Under the pieces are notes generated by a model. The model worked only from the letters and a program-made list of their open reading frames with translations, ran no database searches and had not been told where the DNA came from. From contig JAJDBA010000173.1 of the NCBI GenBank assembly GCA_029261675.1, forward strand, positions 1-48,151: DNA of 48,151 nt. Direction: 5' to 3'. Both the position numbers and the translations under genes were made by a program. This stretch comes from Nitrospinaceae bacterium. Its GTDB lineage: Bacteria; Nitrospinota; Nitrospinia; Nitrospinales; VA-1. Below, in pieces: positions 17,221 through 25,548 of this stretch; the stretch's first letter is position 1, and the number at the start of each line of letters is the position of its first letter.

Positions 17221-20031
17221 GTGGGTGTGCTTCATAAATATATAAGAGCTATATGGATTTTAATCTTTTTTCTGGTTTTGTTTGTCTCCACCGCAGAAGC
17301 GGTAAAGGGTGACAAACGAGTAATAAAAACCCTGACACTTGAAAACGGATTGGATGTCTTTCTGGTTTCAGACCCGGATGTTCACCGTAGCGCAGCAGCT
17401 TTGTCGGTGGGGGTAGGGCATTTGCATGACCCTAAAGAAAAGCAAGGGCTAGCTCACTACCTGGAGCATATGCTGTTTTTAGGTACTAAAAAATACCCTG
17501 AAGTGGGTTCCTATAAAAAATACTTGGATGAACATTCAGGTGCCAGTAATGCATACACTGCAGGAAATATGACGAATTATTTTTTTCAGGTGTCGCATGA
17601 AGGATTCGATGAATCTTTAGATCGATTCAGTGATTTCTTCAAGGCTCCTCTTTTTGATAAAACGTATGCAGAACGGGAAGTCAAGGCGGTTAATAATGAG
17701 CACGAAAAAAACAAACTGAATGATGGCTGGAGAGGGAATTTTGTTGCAAATTTAGTGTCTGAACCAGGGCATCCACTGGCTCAATTTGGAACGGGAGATA
17801 TAAATACTCTGGCAGGAGATAATCGCCCTGATTTACTAAAGTTTTATGAAAACTATTATGCCGCCCCGAATATGAAATTGGCGATGATCTCAAATGCTCC
17901 TTTGGAGATTCTCGTTGCAAAGGCTAAAAAATATTTTTCTAATATAGAAAATCGTCCGGTTAACGTTCCTGATGTTTCCAGTGAATTCAGAAAACCACTG
18001 AAAAATGAGTATAGGTTGTTAACGATTAAAACCATTAAAGATGTTCGTTCGCTGGAAATTGATTTTCCCACGATTCGCCTGTTAGATCATAAAGCCAGCA
18101 AGCCCGCCTCGGTAGTGGGATCTGTGCTGGGTTATGAGGGCAAGGGATCGCTGCTTTCTAAGCTTAAAGAGGAAGGTCTGGTTTTAGGGTTAAGCGCGGG
18201 AGGCGGTAGCAGTCATCCAAATATCAATTCCTTTGGTATTAGTATTTCTTTAACAGAAAAGGGATTGAAAGAGTACGATCGTATTTTAGAAATGGTGTTT
18301 GCGTATATCGATATGGTGCGAAAGCATGGCATCGAAAAATATACTTTTGAACAGGCTCAGGTTATGGCGCAAATAAACTTTGACTGGAAGAATCCGGATG
18401 AAGGTATGGGGTTCATAGCTAGCAAATCCGCATTGATGCATGATTATGCTTTGAGTGAAATCGAAAAAATGCCCTATTTACTTACAGAGTATGATCCGAA
18501 AGCGTATAAATCTGTTCTGGAAACGCTGGTTCCAGAAAACTCAATGGTGGTTCTCAGTCATAATTCTGCAGAGTTTGATAAAAAAGCCCCTTACTACGAT
18601 GCAGAATATTCATTGCGCAAAATAAAGAGCAAAGCTTTTGCGAAACTTGAAAATCCTGCCAAATTGAACGGTACATTTTATCCCAAGAAGAACGACTTCA
18701 TACCTTATAACTTACAACTGATTGATGAAGATCCTCATCTGATACGAGACGATGCTCTGGCGAAAGTTTGGTTTAAATACGACCAACGTTTCAAACAACC
18801 AAAGGTCTATTTGACTTATCAGATAGAAACCCCGCATACCTATCGCAGTCCGAAAAACTATCAGCTTGCTAAGTTGTATGAGGCAGCCGTTCGGGAAGGA
18901 TTGAACGAACTGGTTTATCCGATCCAGATGGCAGGGTTATCCTATTCTCTTTCTACTGGCAAGAAGGGTGTGGTTCTTACCATAGGTGGGTATTCAGAAC
19001 GCATTGCGGATTTATTGAAACTGGTGACTCGTAATTTGATGGAAATAAAAATTGATGCGCAAAAATTCGCTAACATCAAAGAGGCCATGGTGAGGGGGTT
19101 GAAGAATCGCAAGCTCGGTCAGGCTTATGCTCGTGGTGGTTATTACAATTGGTTGATGTTGTTGGACGAACAATACACCGAGGAGCAAAAGTTGGAAGCC
19201 TTGCTACCTTTAGAATTAAATGATGTGAAAGCATATGCGAAAAAACTCTATGAAAAAGTTTTTGTCACCGGGATGATACACGGTAATTACAGTGATGCTA
19301 AGGCCATTGAAAGTACAAAAATTCTATTGGACTCGTTAAAAAGTAGTCCTCTACCAGAAAATGAACGGTATGAACAGGTGGTCGAGAACATGCCGAAGAG
19401 TTTTCGGTTTTCTCGTGAAGTTGAAGACAATAATAATTCTTTAGCTTATGCAATTCAAATTGGTGATAAGAGCCCGGAGCTATTGGCGCAGGTTTCAATG
19501 CTTGCCTCTATTGTCGAAAGTGATTTTTATACGCAAATGCGAACCAATCAGCAGTTGGGATACATTGTTTGGAGTTTTCAACAAAGAATGGAAGACCGTG
19601 TATTTTTTCGGATGGTCATCCAGTCTTCCACCCATGAGCCCTTTGAAATGAGTAAACGGGTCAATGCCTGGATGGCGAGCACTGAAACACTTTTTTCAAA
19701 ACTGACAGATGAAGAATTTGAACGTCATCGTGAGGCTTTGATTGTCGGTCTTGAAAAAGAAGGCGACAGCATTGGTGCGGTTTTAGGCGATTTATTTGGT
19801 CTTGCTATTGATGAAAAGGGAGATTTCAGCTACAAAAAGAAACTCATCCAAGCAGTTAAATCGGTAAAGAAAAAGGATGTGCTTCACACAGCCAAGAAAG
19901 TGTTTTTGGATTCTAGTACGCCGCGACTGGAAGTCCTGATGCGCGCCAAAGGCAGCGATGCAAAGGTGCCAGGAGGAGTTATCAGTGAAGTGAGCCAGTT
20001 TAAGAAAGCCTTGATGGATAAAGCCAATTGA
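17221..20031 (+). CDS. M16-family (pitrilysin/insulinase-like) zinc metallopeptidase, exported
   Basis: Inverted zinc motif HxxEH in 'GLAHYLEHMLFLGT', downstream 'EREVKAVNNEHEKN', N-terminal hydrophobic signal 'AIWILIFFLVLFVSTAEA'. GGAGG abuts GTG 17221, so GTG 17227 may be the real start. Confidence 0.88.
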   Translation: MGVLHKYIRAIWILIFFLVLFVSTAEAVKGDKRVIKTLTLENGLDVFLVSDPDVHRSAAALSVGVGHLHDPKEKQGLAHYLEHMLFLGTKKYPEVGSYKKYLDEHSGASNAYTAGNMTNYFFQVSHEGFDESLDRFSDFFKAPLFDKTYAEREVKAVNNEHEKNKLNDGWRGNFVANLVSEPGHPLAQFGTGDINTLAGDNRPDLLKFYENYYAAPNMKLAMISNAPLEILVAKAKKYFSNIENRPVNVPDVSSEFRKPLKNEYRLLTIKTIKDVRSLEIDFPTIRLLDHKASKPASVVGSVLGYEGKGSLLSKLKEEGLVLGLSAGGGSSHPNINSFGISISLTEKGLKEYDRILEMVFAYIDMVRKHGIEKYTFEQAQVMAQINFDWKNPDEGMGFIASKSALMHDYALSEIEKMPYLLTEYDPKAYKSVLETLVPENSMVVLSHNSAEFDKKAPYYDAEYSLRKIKSKAFAKLENPAKLNGTFYPKKNDFIPYNLQLIDEDPHLIRDDALAKVWFKYDQRFKQPKVYLTYQIETPHTYRSPKNYQLAKLYEAAVREGLNELVYPIQMAGLSYSLSTGKKGVVLTIGGYSERIADLLKLVTRNLMEIKIDAQKFANIKEAMVRGLKNRKLGQAYARGGYYNWLMLLDEQYTEEQKLEALLPLELNDVKAYAKKLYEKVFVTGMIHGNYSDAKAIESTKILLDSLKSSPLPENERYEQVVENMPKSFRFSREVEDNNNSLAYAIQIGDKSPELLAQVSMLASIVESDFYTQMRTNQQLGYIVWSFQQRMEDRVFFRMVIQSSTHEPFEMSKRVNAWMASTETLFSKLTDEEFERHREALIVGLEKEGDSIGAVLGDLFGLAIDEKGDFSYKKKLIQAVKSVKKKDVLHTAKKVFLDSSTPRLEVLMRAKGSDAKVPGGVISEVSQFKKALMDKAN

Positions 20032-20095
20032 TTGCTTCGAAATAAATGGGTGCTTCTGGTTTGAAATTCGTTCGTAATGCTATATTCTTGGTGTT

Positions 20096-21628
20096 ATGAA
20101 AGAGTTTTTTAAAAGAGGCGCCAATTTGTTGAAGCTGGGTCTGGCTGCTCGCCAGATCAAAAAATCAACTACTGACGAGCAACGTCAATGGGCCAAGCAA
20201 TACCTCGTTGAATTACTAGGTAAGTCACGAGGCCTCCCTACCAAAATCGGTCAGTTTATGACCATGGACGATCAGTCCTCCCGAGAATCTCTGACTAATT
20301 CTCTTGTTCCCATGCCCTATGAAGAAGTGACCGAACTTCTGGATAAGGCATATGGCGAATCCTTCGATACTGTTTTTAAGAAACTGGATAAATCGACCAA
20401 AGCGGCCTCATTGGGACAAGTGCATTTTGGTAAGCTGAAAGAGGGCACCGAAGTTGCCGTGAAAGTTCAATATCCTGAAATTGCTAAGGGGGTAGAAGCT
20501 GAACTCGACATGATGGGGTGGTTGCCCAAAGTCGGACCGGTTGCGAAATGGGGATTCAAAATGGACGGCTACCGTGATGCGTTTTGGGACAATTTTAAAG
20601 AGGAACTTGATTACGGTATAGAGATGAAACATCAATTGCGCTATCGGCAGTTGATTCCTCCGTTAGAGCGTATTGTGATTCCAGAAGTAATAGAAGGTTT
20701 ATGCCGACCCAATGTTCTGGTGCAAAAAAAGGAAGAGGGGTTTGGACTCGAAAAAGCCGAAACCATGATGCCAGCCCAGAAACAAGCGATGGGAAGGCTA
20801 TTACTGGAACATTATTTTCATATGTTGTTTCGTCATGGTTTTGTACATGCCGACCCACAGCCAGCCAATTTGGCATTTCGCCAGTTTAAAAAAGATTATT
20901 TCGTTTTAATTCTTTACGATTTTGGCAGCGTGCTGGAGATACCCAAAGAAATGCGTTTGGCATTATTGCGTATTATTCTGGCGTTGAGGAATCATGAAGC
21001 TATTGATCCCGTTTCCTGTTTGCTGGCTCTAGGGTTCGATGGTGAAAAACTAGAAGATCTCCGTCCTACTTTACCGGCACTGCTTTCTGTTTTATTTGAA
21101 CCGTTTCTCATGGAAGCTCCTTACCATGTCAAAGACTGGAAGATGAGTGAACGGTTTGACCAAACGGTTGGTGAGTTGAAATGGTGGTTTCGTTCTGCCG
21201 CACCTCCAAAACTGATTTTCCTGATGCGTACTCTGCATGGATTGACAACGATGCTAAGCAGACTTGATGTTACTTTGCCGTGGCAGTTTTTGTTGGATAA
21301 GCATTTATCTGATGTTTATCCCGAAGCACAAGCACTCAAGTTGCCAGAGGTTAAATCATCACAAGTAATCCATTCTTTTAATGATATGGCGCGTTATTTA
21401 AAAGTACATGTTGTTAAATCGAATGGCAATAAAGTCAGTCTCACTATGCCCGCGCGTTGTGCCGAAGACCTTGAGGATGTGATGGATGAATCGGTAAAAG
21501 AATCTATCAAGAGGCAGAAAATCGATTTGCAGGCAATCCAGAAAAAAGCGCAAAAATCAGGTTTCATCCCGCAAACTCTATTTTCTCTCAGCGATGAAGA
21601 ACGTGATATGAAAGTGTGGCTGGAATAA
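20096..21628 (+). CDS. ABC1/ADCK/UbiB-family atypical kinase-like protein
   Basis: 'AASLGQVHFGKLKEGTEVAVKVQYP' and 'GFVHADPQPANL' are the ABC1-family signatures. It has a C-terminal region of about 90 aa that I cannot place. Confidence 0.8.
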   Translation: MKEFFKRGANLLKLGLAARQIKKSTTDEQRQWAKQYLVELLGKSRGLPTKIGQFMTMDDQSSRESLTNSLVPMPYEEVTELLDKAYGESFDTVFKKLDKSTKAASLGQVHFGKLKEGTEVAVKVQYPEIAKGVEAELDMMGWLPKVGPVAKWGFKMDGYRDAFWDNFKEELDYGIEMKHQLRYRQLIPPLERIVIPEVIEGLCRPNVLVQKKEEGFGLEKAETMMPAQKQAMGRLLLEHYFHMLFRHGFVHADPQPANLAFRQFKKDYFVLILYDFGSVLEIPKEMRLALLRIILALRNHEAIDPVSCLLALGFDGEKLEDLRPTLPALLSVLFEPFLMEAPYHVKDWKMSERFDQTVGELKWWFRSAAPPKLIFLMRTLHGLTTMLSRLDVTLPWQFLLDKHLSDVYPEAQALKLPEVKSSQVIHSFNDMARYLKVHVVKSNGNKVSLTMPARCAEDLEDVMDESVKESIKRQKIDLQAIQKKAQKSGFIPQTLFSLSDEERDMKVWLE

Positions 21629-21680
21629 TTTTGGAATCGCTGTTTTTTTACCCTATTTGTGATAGTGAAAAAAGAGGTGT

Positions 21681-22994
21681 GTGATGACAGGTAAAAAAGA
21701 ACGCGGTCTTTGGGAGCTTTATGCTAAGGATCCAGAAAAGGCGGATGCTGAAATTTGGGAAAGAAAACCCAATCCTTTATCCAGAAGAGGATTTTTAAAG
21801 AAAACGGGACTGGTCACCATGGCTCTGACCCTTGGCTCACAAATCCCTTTCTTTCGTAATATGCCGGGTGGATTTATTCCGCTGGCTCTAGCCGAAACGA
21901 ACGATAAAAAAATCATTGAAGGGAAAGAGGGATTGATTGTCTTAAACGATCGACCCGTCAATGCGGAACCCCCCGCCCATTTATTGGATGACGAATTCAC
22001 CCCCAAGGAAAAACATTTCGTTAGAAATAATGGCCTTCCTCCAGAAGGAAAAATTGATGCTAATCAATGGAAGTTTTCGATCGAGGGAGAAGTCCATAAA
22101 CCTTTTCAGTTAAGCTTGGAAGACCTGAAAAGTAAATTCAAGCATCATACCTATGCGCTACAGATAGAGTGCGGTGGAAATGGAAGGGCAGGGTACAATC
22201 CACCCGCAAAAGGCAACCAATGGAAATTCGGAGCGGTGGGTTGTGCTAAATACAAGGGCGTCCGACTGGGTGATGTATTGAAAGCCGCGGAGCTTAAGGA
22301 CTCTGCTGTATATACTGGCTATTACGGTGCTGATCTTCATCTTTCTGGAAACCCAGATAAAGCATCTATTTCACGCGGGACACCCATTACTAAAGCATTA
22401 GATGACCAGACTCTGATCGTTTGGGAGATGAACGGAGAGCCTCTTCCCGCTTTACACGGTTTCCCATTAAGAATAATAAGTCCTGGCTGGCCTGCCTCAG
22501 CTTCACCAAAATGGTTAAAGAGAATATGGGTTCGAGATCGAATCCACGATGGCATGAAAATGAATAAGTACAGAGTTCCAAAATATCCGGTGAAGCCAGG
22601 CGCATCTGTTCCCATGGAAGATATGGCTATCATCGAATCCATGCCGGTAAAATCTTTAATCACGAATCCGGAAACTGGGATTAAAATCAAACTTGGGAAC
22701 AAGCTTGATATCAGAGGTCATGCGTGGGCGGGTGACCTATCTGTTCAGGCACTTCATGTTTCTATAGACTTTGGGCAAACTTGGCAAAAGGCAGACCTTA
22801 AAGATCCATTGAATCCCTATGCCTGGCAGAATTGGAATGCAACGCTTCAATTTCCTAGTCAAGGTTATTATGAAGTTTGGGCAAGGGCTACCGATAGCGC
22901 GGGAGTTATGCAACCTATGGTTGTCCCAGGATGGAACCCTTCTGGTTATATAAATAACGCAATGCATCGAATCGCAGTTACCGTCAGTCAGTAG
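21681..22994 (+). CDS. Sulfite-oxidase-family molybdopterin oxidoreductase (SorA-like), Tat-exported
   Basis: Twin-arginine leader 'SRRGFLKKTGLVTMAL'. Mo-ligand Cys context 'LQIECGGNGR'; 'GFPLRIISPGW'. C-terminal Ig-like dimerisation region. ATG 21684 after AGAGG is probably the true start. Confidence 0.82.
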   Translation: MMTGKKERGLWELYAKDPEKADAEIWERKPNPLSRRGFLKKTGLVTMALTLGSQIPFFRNMPGGFIPLALAETNDKKIIEGKEGLIVLNDRPVNAEPPAHLLDDEFTPKEKHFVRNNGLPPEGKIDANQWKFSIEGEVHKPFQLSLEDLKSKFKHHTYALQIECGGNGRAGYNPPAKGNQWKFGAVGCAKYKGVRLGDVLKAAELKDSAVYTGYYGADLHLSGNPDKASISRGTPITKALDDQTLIVWEMNGEPLPALHGFPLRIISPGWPASASPKWLKRIWVRDRIHDGMKMNKYRVPKYPVKPGASVPMEDMAIIESMPVKSLITNPETGIKIKLGNKLDIRGHAWAGDLSVQALHVSIDFGQTWQKADLKDPLNPYAWQNWNATLQFPSQGYYEVWARATDSAGVMQPMVVPGWNPSGYINNAMHRIAVTVSQ

Positions 22995-22999
22995 GGGCC

Positions 23000-23383
23000 A
23001 TGGTAAAATTAGAAAGATTAGGGAAATATTGGCTCATCCAGTGCATGGTGGTAATTTTTTTGACATCCAACCTTGAAGCACAAGAGGAGATTGATTATCA
23101 GGGCCTGCCGCCGGGTGAGGGAATTGAGCTTGTGTTAGAGAACTGCACCGTTTGCCATTCGACAGACATCATTCTACAAAATCATATGAGTCGCGAAGCT
23201 TGGGATAAGACGATTACTTGGATGCAAAAAAAACAGGGATTGTGGGAACTGGGTAAAAAGGATCGAAAAACAATATTGGACTATCTTTCAAAAGCACAGG
23301 GAAGGATTATTAATAAAGCGAAACCGAATGGGACAAAAGGCAATCTCATGTACGAATTCGATTACAGGCCAAATCCTTTATAA
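23000..23383 (+). CDS. Monohaem c-type cytochrome (SorB-like electron acceptor)
   Basis: 127 aa. Signal-like N-terminus, single 'CTVCHS' (CXXCH) motif. Starts 5 nt after the SorA-like stop. Confidence 0.75.
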   Translation: MVKLERLGKYWLIQCMVVIFLTSNLEAQEEIDYQGLPPGEGIELVLENCTVCHSTDIILQNHMSREAWDKTITWMQKKQGLWELGKKDRKTILDYLSKAQGRIINKAKPNGTKGNLMYEFDYRPNPL

Positions 23384-23605
23384 ATTTAGAATACTCTCCG
23401 AGTTCTATTTTTGAATTTCATAACAAAGAACGCGATATGAGAGTATGGATGGAATAACCATATATAATTGATTATTATCTATTATACTGCTTAATCTGGA
23501 TGAATTTAAGTAGGGCTATTGGTTTAAACTTGGGGCTCAAATATTAAGCAGGAATTTTTGGATTGTTATGGTTTTAACGGATTAGTTTCTCTTCTAGGAA
23601 AATAA

Positions 23606-24979
23606 GTGGTTACTCAAAATAAAATTCTACAAGGCAAAATTTTAATCGTTGATGACGAGCCGAATAACGTTGCCTTACTTGAGCAGACTTTGCAGGGGGT
23701 GGGGTATTCCTCTTTACGAAGCACTATGGATCCGCGCGAGGTCTGTGGTATTTTTGAGGAGTTCAAGCCTGATCTTATTTTGCTGGATATGAATATGCCA
23801 CATATGGACGGCTTCCAGGTCATGCAGAAACTAAAAAAAATTGACCCCAACTCTTCCGCTTCCATTTTAGTTTTGACTGCCCTCCAAGAAAGTGAAACCC
23901 GATGGCGAGCATTGCAAGCCGGAGCCCAGGAGTTTCTGACAAAACCTATTGATCTCGCGGAGGTGATTTGCCGTATTCAAATTATGTTGGAAATAAGGAA
24001 GCTCCGTTTAGAAATTGCCACTACAGAGAAAGAAGAATTTCCGGTTGTAGGGAAGTCGCCAGCTATAGTTCGCCTGAAAGAAGTTATTCATACGCTGGCT
24101 AATTGCAGTGCGGATGTTTTGCTTCTCGGTGAAACAGGTACCGGGAAAGACTTGGTCGCACGGTGTCTGCATGATTTAAGTGATAGGAAAGAAAAGAATT
24201 TTGTCGCTATAAATTGTGGCGCCATACCTGAAACTATTATTGAAAGTGAACTCTTTGGGCATGAAGCAGGTGCTTTTACCGGAGCCAATTCACGCCGTAT
24301 CGGCAAATTTGAATATGCTGACGGAGGCACCGTGTTTCTAGATGAAATAGAAAGCATGCCTATCGACTTACAGGTAAAGCTTCTGCGGGTTATTCAGGAG
24401 CGGACTGTGGAGAGAGTTGGTTCTAATCAGTCCATTCCCATTGATGTACGTATTATTGCTGCCACTAAAGTCGATTTAAAGGAAGCCAGCGACCAAGGAA
24501 AATTTCGTCAAGACCTCTACTACCGGCTGAATGTTGTGCAAATTATTCTTCCACCTCTTCGAGAACGTCAGGAAGACATCTCTCTTTTATTTCAGCATTT
24601 TGTTTTGCAAGCCTGTGCGAGACACAATCTACCGACTCCCATTTTGTCAAAGGGGTTAATGAGCCAGCTGAGCTCAAACAAATGGGAAGGTAATATTCGA
24701 GAGCTAAAAAATGAAGCAGAGAAGCATGTTCTGGGTATGGGGCTTGGACTTTCAGACCTGACTGCTGATTGCCAGGAAGCTCTTTCAAAAGATAAATCTA
24801 ATGAGTCCTCTTTTACACTTACCGAGCAGATGGATGTTTTTGAAAAGAAAATTTTGGAACAGGAACTACTTCGTCACGAGGGTAATATTAAAAACACCCA
24901 TGCCGCACTTGGTATTCCCAGACAAACTCTTGTTGATAAAATGAAAAAACATGGGTTTGATAAGAAGAATTTTCGCTAA
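23606..24979 (+). CDS. Sigma-54-dependent response regulator (NtrC family: REC, AAA+ sigma-54 interaction domain, Fis-type HTH)
   Basis: REC 'ILIVDDEPNN...LILLDMNMPHMDGFQV...VLTAL...FLTKP'. Walker A 'GETGTGKDLVA'; sigma-54 contact loop 'GAFTGA'; Walker B 'VFLDEIE'. C-terminal HTH 'GNIKNTHAALGIPRQTLVDKMKKHG'. Confidence 0.93.
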   Translation: MVTQNKILQGKILIVDDEPNNVALLEQTLQGVGYSSLRSTMDPREVCGIFEEFKPDLILLDMNMPHMDGFQVMQKLKKIDPNSSASILVLTALQESETRWRALQAGAQEFLTKPIDLAEVICRIQIMLEIRKLRLEIATTEKEEFPVVGKSPAIVRLKEVIHTLANCSADVLLLGETGTGKDLVARCLHDLSDRKEKNFVAINCGAIPETIIESELFGHEAGAFTGANSRRIGKFEYADGGTVFLDEIESMPIDLQVKLLRVIQERTVERVGSNQSIPIDVRIIAATKVDLKEASDQGKFRQDLYYRLNVVQIILPPLRERQEDISLLFQHFVLQACARHNLPTPILSKGLMSQLSSNKWEGNIRELKNEAEKHVLGMGLGLSDLTADCQEALSKDKSNESSFTLTEQMDVFEKKILEQELLRHEGNIKNTHAALGIPRQTLVDKMKKHGFDKKNFR

Positions 24980-25062
24980 TAGCCAGCCCGCTTACCAAAT
25001 AGATATTCCCCTCGAACAACCAATCCCCCAATACTACTCGTAAGTAAGTAGCATCCCCATTA

Positions 25063-25111
25063 ATAACGGAATTTCGTTATCGTGCTCTATGAATAAACGG
25101 AATATCGGTAA
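25063..25111 (+). promoter_or_regulatory. Pair of imperfect palindromes, candidate enhancer (UAS) for sigma-54 promoter 1
   Basis: ATAACG-gaattt-CGTTAT (25063-25080) and TAAACG-gaatat-CGGTAA (25094-25111), 31 bp apart, about 95-125 bp upstream of the -24 element. The same pair recurs at 30913-30962. Confidence 0.6.
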
Positions 25112-25187
25112 AAGCAATCCTCTCATCTTGCCCTAAATATCCAATAACTATTTGTAAAAATTGGCCTTATGTCTGTCCTGTGTGTTT

Positions 25188-25203
25188 TGGCACATCTATT
25201 GCT
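25188..25203 (+). promoter_or_regulatory. Sigma-54 (-24/-12) promoter 1
   Basis: TGGCAC-atcta-TTGCt matches the consensus TGGCAC-N5-TTGC(A/T). It lies 50 nt upstream of ATG 25253. Confidence 0.8.
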
Positions 25204-25252
25204 CTACATGATTCAGTGATACGAAATTAATACAGACAAAAGGAGGTAAGTC

Positions 25253-25438
25253 ATGATTTATGAAGTTCGAGTTTTAAATTCAAAAGGTGAGATTCAAAAG
25301 ACTTTAAGCACGGATCAATTAACCCAAAGATTTTGGGAAGGGTTTCGTCTGGAAGAAAGCCAAATGGGCTTTAGAGCCGCAAACAATGCAAGTTTTTTCA
25401 GAAATTCAAGAAAAATGAAATCACGAGTCGTATCTTGA
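25253..25438 (+). CDS. Small hypothetical protein (61 aa), first ORF behind sigma-54 promoter 1
   Basis: Strong Shine-Dalgarno AAAGGAGG 6 nt before the ATG. Basic C-terminus. No family recognised. Confidence 0.5.
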   Translation: MIYEVRVLNSKGEIQKTLSTDQLTQRFWEGFRLEESQMGFRAANNASFFRNSRKMKSRVVS

Positions 25439-25454
25439 AATTTTATAAGGATAT

Positions 25455-25497
25455 GAGGGCTATGGAGTATTTAATCCGCTCTATAAGCCCTTTTAAT
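25455..25497 (+). terminator. Possible intrinsic terminator/attenuator between the small ORF and the MCP gene
   Basis: AGGGCTATGGAG ... CTCTATAAGCCCT imperfect stem (about 11 bp, one bulge, one mismatch, 11-nt loop) followed by TTTTAATT. Confidence 0.3.
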
Positions 25498-25548
25498 TAA
25501 GACATTCATATAAAAAAACAAGCTTAACTTAATAGAGGGACATTCATA

